A DNA stretch of 64,000 nucleotides, taken from positions 689-64,688 of the forward strand of contig JANXZB010000037.1 of the NCBI GenBank assembly GCA_025355765.1. The letters run 5' to 3'. Under the pieces are notes generated by a model that ran no database searches, was not told where the DNA came from, and saw only the letters and a program-made list of their open reading frames with translations. Position 1 is the first letter of the stretch, and the number at the start of each line of letters is the position of its first letter. Of the stretch, positions 9,590 to 19,659 are shown one piece after another. Made by a program: the position numbers and the translations under genes. The DNA comes from Actinomycetes bacterium. Its GTDB lineage: Bacteria; Actinomycetota; Actinomycetes; Nanopelagicales; Nanopelagicaceae.

Positions 9590-11850
9590 GTTCAATAGAG
9601 CCGCAAGGTAGCCGTCAACGAGACAGTGACCGTAAGACGCGAGTTCACCTCTCCGTTTACGACCGAAGCAAGTTCATACTCCTGTTCGTCATCGTGTACT
9701 TTGTTCTAGTCTGGGCGGCTTTGGCTGATAACCCACTCCTTTCTGTGGGCGATGCATTCAATGAGATCACGCGCACGCGAACCTGGCTACTTATTCTGGT
9801 TGTCATTGAAATTTTGCGGCAGATGCATTTCCTCGTGTCAGAAATTGCGGCGCCTTATCACGGGATCTGGCAGAAGTACTTTCAGGCGGTGGATTTCGCG
9901 CTGCATCGGCTTAGCGACTGGACCCGATACCGACTTTCACGCGTCATTAAGGCAATGATCTTCATCGCCCTGCTCGCCGTGGTTTTGGGGGCAATTTACA
10001 AAGAAACCCCAGTTCGTGCACTGTTCCTGGCGCCCAGTGCGCTGTGGAGGGCGCTTCCCATGCTCGGACAACTCCTCTTTGGAGTTTTCTTCGTAATCAT
10101 TCAGTTTGGCGCAATGTTCTGGTTTCTCAGCCGAGGTGGCGTGGATACTTACTTTCCGGATGACATAAGGACCAGATTCACCGATGTATGGGGACAGGAC
10201 CACGTCCTCAATAGAATTCGCGAGAACCTTCTTTTCTTGGAGAAACCAGAGGAAATTGAGAAGCACGGTGGATACGTGCCTGGAGGAATTCTGCTTTGGG
10301 GTCCGCCTGGAACAGGCAAGACCCTCATGGCCGAATCTATGGCCGGAGAGACGGGCAAGCCCTTCGTCTTTGTAGACCCTGGCGCATTTACAAATATGTT
10401 TTTTGGCGTAGGCGTCCTCAAAGTAAAATCTCTTTTTCGTAAATTACGTAAACTCGCACTTCGTTATGGCGGAGTCGTAGTCTTTTTCGATGAGGCAGAT
10501 TCACTCGGCAATCGAGGAATGGCACCAAGCGGGGGGCAACAGCGTGCCGATAGACAGAACGTTCCTGCAATTTTTGGAACATCCTGCCATGGTGGCTCTT
10601 ATCTTTCACCATCGACTGCCTCAATGCTTCTTCGCGAGAGCTTTGTAGTTGGGGGAGCAGCTGGGGGCGGAATGGGTGGAGGCGGTGGAATGGGCACGTT
10701 GCAGGCGCTGCTCACCGAACTCTCCGGACTTAAAAAGCCGAGGGGATTTCTCAATAGGGTTCTGCGCAGAACCTTGGGTATGCGGCCTAAGAATCCACCC
10801 AAATATCGCATCCTGGTTGTGATGGCCACAAATATGCCAGAGGCACTGGATGAAGCACTTCTTCGCCCCGGGCGTATTGATCGCATGTATCGCGTTGGGT
10901 ATCCGAGCAAAGCTGGCCGAGTGCGAACGTATGAAGGATATTTAGCGAAAGTGTCACATTCGCTTTCGGCCGATGAGATCGACAAGTTGGCGACGATCAC
11001 TCCATATGCCACGGGCGCAACTATCAAGGACACGATAAACGAGGCGTTGATAACTGCGATACGAAACGGTCGTACTTCGATCACGTGGCCAGATGTTGTC
11101 AAGGCAAAGCAACTCAAGGAATTGGGACCGCCCGAGGATGTCGAGTACATCGAGCGCGAAAGACACGCCGTTGCTGTCCACGAGGCGTGCCATGCAGTCA
11201 TGGCCCATCGGGTACGTCAGCACATGGCAATCGATCTTGCGACTATCGAAAAGGGTTCGGATTATTTAGGGATGGTTGCCAGCATTCCCCCCGATGATCA
11301 GTTCACTCGTTGGCGCACTGAATATGAGTCTGACATTCTCGTTTCCCTTGCATCGTTGGCAGGGGAGCGTATGTTCTTCAATGGCGATAATTCCTCTGGG
11401 GTTTCCGGAGACTTAGAGAGTGCAACAACTATCGCCTCATTGATGGAAGGACATTGGGGAATGGGATCCACCATCTCCTCGCATGCCAGCAATCGTCGTT
11501 TCGAGATCGGCTCACCTGGCGGGGCCAAGGGGGGGTCTTCTAAGGAACTTCGAGGTGCCCTAGGTAATCGCATTGAGGATCATCTATCAGTGCTTCTCAA
11601 ACAGGCCGAGAAAATTCTCAAGGAGAACCGGAGCCAAGTTCTTGCCTTGGCCCACGCGTTGGAGACATTCAAAACGCTCTCTGGTGAGGACGTATCAGCG
11701 GTTATTGAAGGAGTTCAAGGATCCATTGTGGATGGCCGTCCTTACAAAAATAAGGCGTTTCTGGCCAAAATCGAGAGGTACCACAAAGCCGCTTTGGTTG
11801 CTCATCGCGACCATCAGACCCCCGATGTGGTCATCCCTACGCTGAAGTAG
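9586..11850 (+). CDS. Atypical membrane-bound FtsH-like AAA+ ATPase / M41-like metalloprotease paralogue
   Basis: 754 aa with about four N-terminal TM helices, Walker A (GPPGTGKT), an FtsH-like pore loop (MFFGVG) and Walker B (VVFFDEAD). A Gly/Met-rich insertion follows, then sensor-1 (ATN), an arginine finger (RPGRIDR), the HEXXH motif (HEACH) and SGDLESAT. Confidence 0.8.
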   Translation: MSSIEPQGSRQRDSDRKTRVHLSVYDRSKFILLFVIVYFVLVWAALADNPLLSVGDAFNEITRTRTWLLILVVIEILRQMHFLVSEIAAPYHGIWQKYFQAVDFALHRLSDWTRYRLSRVIKAMIFIALLAVVLGAIYKETPVRALFLAPSALWRALPMLGQLLFGVFFVIIQFGAMFWFLSRGGVDTYFPDDIRTRFTDVWGQDHVLNRIRENLLFLEKPEEIEKHGGYVPGGILLWGPPGTGKTLMAESMAGETGKPFVFVDPGAFTNMFFGVGVLKVKSLFRKLRKLALRYGGVVVFFDEADSLGNRGMAPSGGQQRADRQNVPAIFGTSCHGGSYLSPSTASMLLRESFVVGGAAGGGMGGGGGMGTLQALLTELSGLKKPRGFLNRVLRRTLGMRPKNPPKYRILVVMATNMPEALDEALLRPGRIDRMYRVGYPSKAGRVRTYEGYLAKVSHSLSADEIDKLATITPYATGATIKDTINEALITAIRNGRTSITWPDVVKAKQLKELGPPEDVEYIERERHAVAVHEACHAVMAHRVRQHMAIDLATIEKGSDYLGMVASIPPDDQFTRWRTEYESDILVSLASLAGERMFFNGDNSSGVSGDLESATTIASLMEGHWGMGSTISSHASNRRFEIGSPGGAKGGSSKELRGALGNRIEDHLSVLLKQAEKILKENRSQVLALAHALETFKTLSGEDVSAVIEGVQGSIVDGRPYKNKAFLAKIERYHKAALVAHRDHQTPDVVIPTLK

Positions 11851-11947
11851 CTCCAGAGAGTCGAAAAGGGCGGATTGGGCTAACATTGAGTCAAATCACA
11901 TCGCCAGTCACTTTTCCATCTACTGAATATGCGGAAGGGGTCGCTCC

Positions 11948-12337
11948 ATGATCCTCATCATCGGTCTCATTATTTTGGCAGTTGCAGCATTACTTGCAGT
12001 CTTTGGCGTCGCCACCAATGGTGGTTCGACACATCTTGTAAACGGTGATTTTGGCCTCTTTGGCCAGCACATGACCGGCTTGTCCACGGGGCAGTTATTT
12101 CTCTTTGGAATCGTCGTCGGATTGGTTGCGGCCCTCGGGTTGAGCGTTCTTCGCGGCTTCTTCGTCAGGGGACTGGCCTCACGCGATCTTCAGAAAGAAC
12201 TGAAAAGGTCGCGTGAAGAGACTTTGACCTTGCGTTCGGATTTTGAACGGTTACAGAAGGAACTCGCCGCCGAGCGGGCCCGAAAATCAACAGTCGAGAC
12301 CCCATCCAACGATCAGACTCCTTCAACCAATAGCTAG
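11948..12337 (+). CDS. Small membrane protein with C-terminal coiled-coil (LapA/DUF1049-like)
   Basis: 129 aa with two hydrophobic helices followed by a charged helical tail (LQKELKRSREETLTLRSDFERLQKELAAERARK). Confidence 0.6.
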   Translation: MILIIGLIILAVAALLAVFGVATNGGSTHLVNGDFGLFGQHMTGLSTGQLFLFGIVVGLVAALGLSVLRGFFVRGLASRDLQKELKRSREETLTLRSDFERLQKELAAERARKSTVETPSNDQTPSTNS

Positions 12338-12367
12338 TAACCCACCCAAAAGAAAGAAGGATCATTC

Positions 12368-12523
12368 GTGATTACCCTTGGAATCATTCTCTTGATACTT
12401 AGCTTGTTTGTAGCAATGTCAGCTCTGAAGACCCTTGGATTACTTCTCATAGTGGTCGGAATAGTCCTGGCCCTCTTGGGCGGCATGGGTCGCTCTGTCG
12501 GCGGTCGTCGCCACTACTGGTAG
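12368..12523 (+). CDS. Small hydrophobic protein, 51 aa (absent from the ORF track because it is under 60 aa)
   Basis: A GTG sits 6 nt after a GAAGGA RBS. Translation is VITLGIILLILSLFVAMSALKTLGLLLIVVGIVLALLGGMGRSVGGRRHYW: two TM helices and the GR.VGGRRHY(W/Y) tail that I recall as typical of a small actinobacterial hydrophobic-protein family. Confidence 0.6.
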   Translation: MITLGIILLILSLFVAMSALKTLGLLLIVVGIVLALLGGMGRSVGGRRHYW

Positions 12524-12572
12524 GTCGGGTAGGCTCTTCACATAGGCACGTTTATGAGTGAAGGGATAGATC

Positions 12573-12932
12573 ATGGGCCCAGGAGGCATTGCCACAATTA
12601 TCGCGGCTTGCTCGCTCCTCGTCATTGCGGTGGCTATCAGTTACGCAGTCGTTCGACTAGGCCGCTTGATTGATGAAGCCAAGCTCTCTCTGAAGACTGT
12701 TACAGACGAGACCAAACCATTGATCGAAGAGGTCACGACGACCGTGAAGTTAGTTAATGGCCCCCTTGAGAGTCTGAACAAAATCACTAAAAGCGCTGAG
12801 AACGTCAGCAGCAAGGTTTCCGATGTCGCCACCTCTTTTATGGATAAAGGCGGGCCGGCAGTGAAGGTACTTGGCCTTCTCATGAGCGCTGCAAAATTCA
12901 AGCAGTCTCGCGACCAGAAGAAAAAAGGCTGA
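12573..12932 (+). CDS. DUF948 domain-containing membrane-anchored protein
   Basis: 119 aa with an N-terminal TM helix and then a long helical region. It sits immediately upstream of alaS, as is common in Actinobacteria. Confidence 0.7.
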   Translation: MGPGGIATIIAACSLLVIAVAISYAVVRLGRLIDEAKLSLKTVTDETKPLIEEVTTTVKLVNGPLESLNKITKSAENVSSKVSDVATSFMDKGGPAVKVLGLLMSAAKFKQSRDQKKKG

Positions 12933-12945
12933 GTGGTCCTAGCTA

Positions 12946-15621
12946 GTGGAATCTGCTGAAATTCGCGCACGATGGCTGCGCTTCTTTGAAACCGACAACC
13001 GCCAGGGTTTAACTCATACTGTCGTGCCGTCGGCCTCCCTCATCGCTGACGATCCCAACTTGTTGCTCGTCAACGCTGGGATGGTTCCCTTCAAACCATT
13101 TTTCCTAGGCGAAGTGAAACCTCCGTACAAGCGTGCTACATCGGTTCAGAAATGTGTTCGCACATTGGATATTGATGAAGTGGGAAAGACGACTCGTCAT
13201 GCGTCTTTCTTCCAGATGTGCGGCAATTTTTCCTTCGGCGACTACTTCAAGGAAGGTGCCATTGCCCTTGCTTGGGAACTTCTCACCCGCCCAATCAATG
13301 ACGGAGGTTACGGGTTTCCTGAGGAACGACTCTGGGTCACGGTTTTTCAAAGCGACGATGAAGCGGCCGACATCTGGCATAAAAAGATAGGTATTCCAAA
13401 AGAGCGTATCCAACGTCGCGGTATGGCTGACAATTTCTGGTCGATGGGCGTGCCGGGACCGTGCGGACCTTGTTCGGAAATTTATTTTGATCGAGGTCCT
13501 GCTTACGGTAAAGAAGGCGGCCCAATCGCCGATGAAGACCGCTACATGGAAGTCTGGAACCTTGTTTTCATGCAAAATGAACGAGGTGTGGGTTCCGGAA
13601 AGGATGATTTCCCAATCCTTGGCGAGCTCCCTGCAAAAAGTATTGATACCGGACTTGGTCTAGAGCGCACTGCGGCCCTTCTGCAAGGCGTTGAAAATAT
13701 CTATGAAATTGACACCACAAGGCAGATCCTGGATCGGGCTACTTCTTTGACCAATGTCGTGTACGGCAAAGATCAGCACAACGATGTTCTTCTGCGCGTA
13801 ATTGCCGATCACGCACGTACATCTGCCATGCTCATTGGCGATGGCGTGACGCCCGGAAACGAAGGACGTGGTTATGTTCTTCGCCGGATGATGCGACGAA
13901 CTATCCGAAACATGCGCTTACTCGGATCCCATGAACCAGTGATGGCCGAACTTATCTCCGCCTCGATTGGGGCAATGAGCCCGCAGTATCCCGAACTCAA
14001 CGAGGCCAGTGGGCGCATCCTCAGCGTCTCAATCGCTGAGGAAGAAACATTCCTGCAGACACTGAAGAGCGGAACGCAGATATTTGACGTAGCAAGTGCG
14101 GCGATAAAGAAGTCGCACGGCACCGCTTTGTCGGGTGATGCAGTCTTTAAACTGCATGACACATACGGATTTCCTTTTGATCTAACTCTTGAGATGGCCC
14201 AGGAGCAGGGTCTTGAAGTTGATGAAGAAGGTTTCAGAAGACTCATGAAGGAGCAACGCGACCGGGCTAAGGCAGATTCGCGTGCAAAAAAGAGCGGCCA
14301 CACCGATCTCACCGAATATCGCACCATAGCCGATGCTGTCGGGCGCACGGAATTTGTCGGCTACACCCATCAAGAATCTGACGCCAAAGTTTCAGCGATC
14401 CTCGTAAATGGAGTCGGGGTCACTTCCGCACCCGAGGGCGAAGAGGTCGAGATCGTCTTGAGCCGTACTCCCTTCTACGCCGAAGGAGGCGGCCAGTTAT
14501 CTGACGGCGGAATCATCACCTTGAGCAATGGCTGCAAAATCGAAATTGATGACGTTCAGGCTCCGGTGCCGGGCGTCTCAGTTCACCGTGGCCGCGTTCT
14601 CGTCGGATCCGTCGAAGTCGGAACTCCGGCTCACGCGCAGATAGATATCGAGCGTCGACAGGCAATCTCCCGTGCACACACCGCAACGCACATGGTGCAC
14701 AAGGCCTTCCGCGAAATTTTAGGAGAGACCGCAACGCAGGCGGGCTCGGAGAACTCACCAGGACGTTTTAGGTTCGATTTCCCCGCAACGGGTGCGGTGC
14801 CGCAATCGGTCCTCAGTGATGTTGAATCACGGGTCAACTTATTGCTCCTCCAAGATTGGGAAGTCACGGCCGAATCCATGTCCCAGGAGGAAGCGAAAAA
14901 AATTGGAGCGATGGCGCTTTTTGGCGAGAAATACGGTGATGTAGTCCGGGTTATCAGCGTAGGGGACTGGTCACGCGAGTTGTGCGGTGGAACCCATGTC
15001 AATCGCGCCGGCGAGCTTGGAGTCGTAAAGCTACTCAATGAGTCATCCATCGGTGCAGGCGTTCGACGAGTTGAAGCTCTTGTCGGTGTGGACGCATATA
15101 GATTTCTTGCGCGCGAACATCTACTTCTCAATTCTTTGACTGAGATCATCAAGGGAGCACGGACAGAAGAACTGCCCGAGCGCATTTCAGATTTGGTCGG
15201 ACGCCTGCGCGATATTGAGAAGGAACTAGCATCGTTGCGCTCGACTCAAGCCTTAGGCCAGGTTGCGACTTTGATCACGGAGGCCAAGAAAGTAAAGGAT
15301 CACTCTGTCATCGCTGTGAAGTTGGGAGACGGGATAACCGGTGAAGATCTGCGCAAGATCGCTCTAGATTTACGTAATCGCCTTCAGAATTCCATCGTTG
15401 CTCTGATCAGTGTTAGCGAAGGTAAGCCAGTTCTCGTCGTAGCAGTCAGTGATGCGGCGAGGGCGGCAGGGGTCAAGGCAGGAGTCCTCGTAAAGGTCGG
15501 TTCCCTCGCACTTGGAGGCGGAGGCGGAGGGAAAGATGATTTTGCTCAAGGCGGGGGTATAGACGCGAGCAAGACCGCAATCGCGCTGGACGCAATCGTT
15601 TCAGCCATTGCTGGTGAGTAG
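12946..15621 (+). CDS. alaS: Alanine--tRNA ligase
   Basis: 891 aa with the AlaRS N-terminus (RFFE....H..V.S.SL), an editing domain with HTATH, and a C-terminal DHHA1-like region. GTG start. Confidence 0.96.
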   Translation: MESAEIRARWLRFFETDNRQGLTHTVVPSASLIADDPNLLLVNAGMVPFKPFFLGEVKPPYKRATSVQKCVRTLDIDEVGKTTRHASFFQMCGNFSFGDYFKEGAIALAWELLTRPINDGGYGFPEERLWVTVFQSDDEAADIWHKKIGIPKERIQRRGMADNFWSMGVPGPCGPCSEIYFDRGPAYGKEGGPIADEDRYMEVWNLVFMQNERGVGSGKDDFPILGELPAKSIDTGLGLERTAALLQGVENIYEIDTTRQILDRATSLTNVVYGKDQHNDVLLRVIADHARTSAMLIGDGVTPGNEGRGYVLRRMMRRTIRNMRLLGSHEPVMAELISASIGAMSPQYPELNEASGRILSVSIAEEETFLQTLKSGTQIFDVASAAIKKSHGTALSGDAVFKLHDTYGFPFDLTLEMAQEQGLEVDEEGFRRLMKEQRDRAKADSRAKKSGHTDLTEYRTIADAVGRTEFVGYTHQESDAKVSAILVNGVGVTSAPEGEEVEIVLSRTPFYAEGGGQLSDGGIITLSNGCKIEIDDVQAPVPGVSVHRGRVLVGSVEVGTPAHAQIDIERRQAISRAHTATHMVHKAFREILGETATQAGSENSPGRFRFDFPATGAVPQSVLSDVESRVNLLLLQDWEVTAESMSQEEAKKIGAMALFGEKYGDVVRVISVGDWSRELCGGTHVNRAGELGVVKLLNESSIGAGVRRVEALVGVDAYRFLAREHLLLNSLTEIIKGARTEELPERISDLVGRLRDIEKELASLRSTQALGQVATLITEAKKVKDHSVIAVKLGDGITGEDLRKIALDLRNRLQNSIVALISVSEGKPVLVVAVSDAARAAGVKAGVLVKVGSLALGGGGGGKDDFAQGGGIDASKTAIALDAIVSAIAGE

Positions 15622-15623
15622 TT

Positions 15624-16067
15624 ATGCAAAGAGGCCGCCGACTGGCGTTCGATTTCGGTGATGTGCGGATCGGAGTGGCCGTGAGTGATCAGGATTCAAT
15701 TTTGGCAACTCCCGTGGAAACGCTTCTAGCTAAAAGGGAAGATCTCTGGGATCGGATCTTCGATCTGTTGGCAGAGTACGAACCAGTTCACGTATATGTT
15801 GGCCGACCCGTCCATCTTTCTGGAAATGAGAGCGATTCAACGACCAAGGCAGAGCTCTTCGCCTCTGAGTTTCGCGATCGATTCGATATTGAAGTAACAA
15901 TGATTGACGAGCGGCTCTCCACTGTCTCTGCCCAGCGCGCGATGAGAGAAGCAGGTCTTACGGCGCGAGAATCGAAAAGCGCCATCGACCAGGCGGCAGC
16001 GGTTGCGATCTTGGAGATGGCGATGGATTTTGAGAAATCTCAAGCAAGGCGTGATGTAGTTGAGTAA
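15624..16067 (+). CDS. ruvX: Holliday junction resolvase-like / pre-16S rRNA nuclease RuvX (YqgF)
   Basis: 147 aa with the motif RLAFDFGDVRIGVAVSD. Conserved alaS-ruvX-mltG order. Confidence 0.9.
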   Translation: MQRGRRLAFDFGDVRIGVAVSDQDSILATPVETLLAKREDLWDRIFDLLAEYEPVHVYVGRPVHLSGNESDSTTKAELFASEFRDRFDIEVTMIDERLSTVSAQRAMREAGLTARESKSAIDQAAAVAILEMAMDFEKSQARRDVVE

Positions 16068-17115
16068 GAAACCAATATTCAAGGTCATCGCCTCGTTGGC
16101 TGCCATATTTGTCCTTGCCGGCGGTGCATATTTGGCGCTGAATCGCTCACCCACCAATCCCGATTATGCGTCTGGCCATCCAGGCGTAGAGGTGATTATT
16201 GATGTCCCAACAGGTGCTACGGGATCGGAGATCGCAAAGACACTGTTTACCAAAGGCGTGGTGAAATCATCTGGCGCCTTCTTTGCACGCGCTGTCGCCG
16301 ACCCTCGCTCTTCGCAGATTGCACCGGGTGCCCATCGCGTGCAGAGCCACATTTCGGCAAGAGAGGCACTTGACCAACTCTTGGACACCAAACGGATTAC
16401 CAATCTCATTCGTGTTGCAGAGGGAGCATGGACTAGCGAAATCTTTAGTCAACTCATGGCACAAAATTTCTCGGAGATAACTGTTGATAAAGCCCTTCGT
16501 AGCCTGAAGTTCCCAGCAGGTTTTGGGATCAACGGTGTCTATCCCGCGGGCGACACAAGTCTTGAAGGGGTATTTTTCCCCGCACAATACAGTTTCGGCA
16601 AGGGAACATCTTCGTTGATGGCGCTTCAGGCAATGATGGATCGCTTTGCCGTGGAATCTGTAAATTCAGGAATCGCGGCAGGGACATCTGATTTCTCACC
16701 GCTCCAACTTCTGACGATCGCCTCTCTTGTCCAGGCCGAAGGAGATCCATCAGATTTTGGAAAGATTTCTCAAGTGGTTCGCAATCGCTTGAAGGTTGGT
16801 ATGCCTCTTCAGTTGGATACCACCATTCACTACATCACTCACACTCGTGGCAAGGTTTTCCTCAGTACCAATGCAACGCGAATCGCCTCTCCGTACAACA
16901 CGTATCTGCATTACGGTCTACCTCCTGGACCTATTAACAATCCAGGTCGTGCGGCGATGGATGCAGCGGTCCATCCGACGCCGGGTAACTGGATTTTTTT
17001 CATTACGGTAAAGCCGGGGGATACGCGATTCACGGATTCAAACGCTCAGTTTCTGAAATGGAAGAGTGAGTACGAGAAGAACTTGGCCTCTGGCGCATTC
17101 GGGAAGACGTCATGA
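16060..17115 (+). CDS. mltG: Endolytic murein transglycosylase MltG (YceG family)
   Basis: 351 aa with an N-terminal TM anchor and the YceG core with the ASLVQAEG motif. Confidence 0.88.
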   Translation: MSKKPIFKVIASLAAIFVLAGGAYLALNRSPTNPDYASGHPGVEVIIDVPTGATGSEIAKTLFTKGVVKSSGAFFARAVADPRSSQIAPGAHRVQSHISAREALDQLLDTKRITNLIRVAEGAWTSEIFSQLMAQNFSEITVDKALRSLKFPAGFGINGVYPAGDTSLEGVFFPAQYSFGKGTSSLMALQAMMDRFAVESVNSGIAAGTSDFSPLQLLTIASLVQAEGDPSDFGKISQVVRNRLKVGMPLQLDTTIHYITHTRGKVFLSTNATRIASPYNTYLHYGLPPGPINNPGRAAMDAAVHPTPGNWIFFITVKPGDTRFTDSNAQFLKWKSEYEKNLASGAFGKTS

Positions 17116-17918
17116 TTCGCGGAGCTGTCTTGGGATCACCCATATCGCATTCGCTCTCTCCCGTATTACACCGCACTGCCTATGAGAAATTGGGTCTCTT
17201 TGGCCAATATCAGGCCATCGAAGTAGCTTCCGATCAGCTGGACGAATTCATTTCTGGGCTGGACGAGACGTGGACAGGGCTTTCCCTCACGATGCCGCTC
17301 AAGGAAACGGTGCTGAAGATTGCAGATGAAGTCGATGAACTAGCCCTCCGGATCAATTCCGCGAACACTCTGATTCGCTCGCCAAGAGGGTGGAGAGCGC
17401 TGACGACGGATGTGAATGGTTTCAAGGAAACATTGCTAGCTCATGGCGTGAACACGTACGAAACTGTCGTCATTCTCGGATCTGGAGCAACTGCCCGAGC
17501 AGCAGCGGCGGCGTGTGATGGAGCAGATCGGCATATGACTATTGTTCACCGATCTCCAGAACGTGAGAGCGCACTGCGAAAGTGCGTCGTATCGGCAAAA
17601 TTGGAATTTGTGAATTGGGGAGCGGATTTGCCTGATTCGGATCTGTTGATTAATGCCACGCCAGCTGGTGTGGCAGATGCATATGCGGAGAAACTGCCTA
17701 CATTGGTCAGAGGTGTTTTCTTCGAAGCCCTCTACAACCCCTGGCCTACAAAGATGCTCTCAAAATGGCGAGCTTTGGGTGGATTTGGAATCGATGGCCT
17801 TGACCTCCTCGTACATCAGGGGATAGATCAGGTTGAACTGATGACGGGAAAGAGCGTTCAAAGAGCCGTTCTTGCGCCCGTACTGCGAATGGCGTGTTTG
17901 GCGGCTATGAGGCCGTAG
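17112..17918 (+). CDS. aroE: Shikimate dehydrogenase
   Basis: 268 aa with the motif [12 protein letters not shown] and a GSGATARA nucleotide-binding loop. Overlaps mltG by 4 nt. Confidence 0.88.
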   Translation: MIRGAVLGSPISHSLSPVLHRTAYEKLGLFGQYQAIEVASDQLDEFISGLDETWTGLSLTMPLKETVLKIADEVDELALRINSANTLIRSPRGWRALTTDVNGFKETLLAHGVNTYETVVILGSGATARAAAAACDGADRHMTIVHRSPERESALRKCVVSAKLEFVNWGADLPDSDLLINATPAGVADAYAEKLPTLVRGVFFEALYNPWPTKMLSKWRALGGFGIDGLDLLVHQGIDQVELMTGKSVQRAVLAPVLRMACLAAMRP

Positions 17919-17962
17919 TTAGCGTGCGACGAGAAGAGGGACTTCTCTGCCACAATACGCTC

Positions 17963-19144
17963 ATGCGTTGGTTAACAGCCGGGGAATCCCATGGTCAGGC
18001 ACTGTCGGCGATACTCGAAGGCATGCCTGCTTCAGTCTCCGTCACGACTGAAGATATCGACAGGCAGTTGCGACGTCGCAGACTTGGTTTTGGGCGCGGA
18101 GCAAGACAGAATTTCGAGGCCGATAAGGTCACCATCCTCGGGGGTATTCGACTAGGTCTGACTCAAGGTGGGCCTATCGCGATTCACATTGGAAATTCAG
18201 AGTGGCCCAAGTGGGAAAAGGTGATGTCGGCGGATCCTCTTCCTGAAGGCGAAATCGAAGGACTGGCTCGAAATGCACCGCTGACGCGGCCACGTCCAGG
18301 GCATGCCGATCTTGCGGGAATGCAAAAGTATGACCTCGATGACGCGCGACCGGTCCTTGAGCGTGCAAGTGCGCGGGAGACAGCCGCACGTGTTGCCTTA
18401 GGCGCGGTGGCACGGAATTTTCTGGAACAAAGTATCGGCCTAACGATAGTGAGCCATGTGCTCTCCATCGGCTCAGTACGAATTCCTGACTCTTTTTCAT
18501 TGCCCGAACCTGGAGATCAAGATCGAATCGATGAGGACGTGGTCCGTTGTACCGATCCGGTGACAAGTGCTGCGATGGTCACCGAGATCGAATCTGCTCG
18601 GGTTGATGGAGATACTTTGGGTGGAGTCGTGGAAGTTCTTGCCTTCAATCTTCCACCCGGTTTGGGTTCTTACGTTCATTGGGATCGTCGTCTGGATGCG
18701 CGCCTGGCCGCGGCCATGATGGGTATTCAAGCGATTAAGGGCGTGGAGATTGGTGATGGTTTCACCTCCGCTACGCGACGTGGATCCATTGCTCACGATG
18801 AAATTGAGATCGGAAGCGATGGTCTTATTCATCGACGGACAGATCGGGCCGGCGGAACGGAAGGTGGAATGTCTAACGGTGAGACTCTGCGAGTAAGGGC
18901 GGCAATGAAGCCCATTTCTACGGTGCCCAAAGCACTCGACACAATAGATGTGGCGACAGGGGAAAGTGCAAAGGCAATTAATCAGCGCTCTGATGTCTGT
19001 GCGGTACCTGCGGCTGGCATCGTTGCGGAGGCTATGGTGGCCCTCGTTCTGGCCGAGGCAGTCCTCGAGAAATTCGGCGGGGACAGCATTGATGAAACGC
19101 GACGCAATTTCTCGACGTACATGCAGAACCTCCGATTCAAATAA
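17963..19144 (+). CDS. aroC: Chorismate synthase
   Basis: Canonical N-terminus [14 protein letters not shown] at an internal ATG. The ORF-track extension (17894) overlaps aroE and is unlikely to be translated. Confidence 0.93.
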   Translation: MRWLTAGESHGQALSAILEGMPASVSVTTEDIDRQLRRRRLGFGRGARQNFEADKVTILGGIRLGLTQGGPIAIHIGNSEWPKWEKVMSADPLPEGEIEGLARNAPLTRPRPGHADLAGMQKYDLDDARPVLERASARETAARVALGAVARNFLEQSIGLTIVSHVLSIGSVRIPDSFSLPEPGDQDRIDEDVVRCTDPVTSAAMVTEIESARVDGDTLGGVVEVLAFNLPPGLGSYVHWDRRLDARLAAAMMGIQAIKGVEIGDGFTSATRRGSIAHDEIEIGSDGLIHRRTDRAGGTEGGMSNGETLRVRAAMKPISTVPKALDTIDVATGESAKAINQRSDVCAVPAAGIVAEAMVALVLAEAVLEKFGGDSIDETRRNFSTYMQNLRFK

Positions 19145-19149
19145 GTGCG

Positions 19150-19659
19150 ATGACCCCACGCATTATTCTGATCGGGCCACCTGGAGCCGGAAAGACGAGC
19201 ATCGGGCGAGCATTGGCCAAGGCTTTGAATGTAGATTTCGCCGACACTGACACTTTGATCGAACTCGATCAGGGCAAGAGCGTCTCGCATATTTTTGTGG
19301 AAGATGGCGAACCACACTTTCGCGAGGTAGAAGCGCGTGTATGTCTTGCGGCATTGCAGGAAGTTCAAGGGGTTCTCTCCTTGGGCGGAGGCTCTGTTTT
19401 GACGCCATCGGTTGCCGAGGCAATTGCCGCGAGCGGCTCGGAAGTTATCTTTCTTGATGTATCCCTTGTAGTCGCTGTTCCTAGAATCGGCTTCAATCGC
19501 GATCGACCGCTACTTCTGGATAATCCACGGCAACAATGGCAACGACTACTCGATGCGCGCCGGCCAGTCTATGAATCATTGGCAACTATCAAGTTGGAAG
19601 TGGAAGACCGCAGCGTAAACCAGATCGTTAATGCAATCCTCCCCAAGGTGGCTCACTGA
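19150..19659 (+). CDS. aroK: Shikimate kinase
   Basis: 169 aa with the P-loop GPPGAGKTS, sitting in the aroC-aroK-aroB-aroQ block. Confidence 0.92.
   Translation: MTPRIILIGPPGAGKTSIGRALAKALNVDFADTDTLIELDQGKSVSHIFVEDGEPHFREVEARVCLAALQEVQGVLSLGGGSVLTPSVAEAIAASGSEVIFLDVSLVVAVPRIGFNRDRPLLLDNPRQQWQRLLDARRPVYESLATIKLEVEDRSVNQIVNAILPKVAH

Noticed and set aside
10599-11201. Long antisense or off-frame ORFs inside well-supported genes. Examples are 10599-11201, 13105-13575, 14631-15185, 18497-19159, 30967-31512, 32694-33203, 42490-43005, 46714-47325 and 47823-48449.
   Set aside because: Each lies wholly within a gene that has strong family motifs on the other strand or frame. They have biased Arg/Ser/Pro composition and no RBS, as expected for shadow ORFs.
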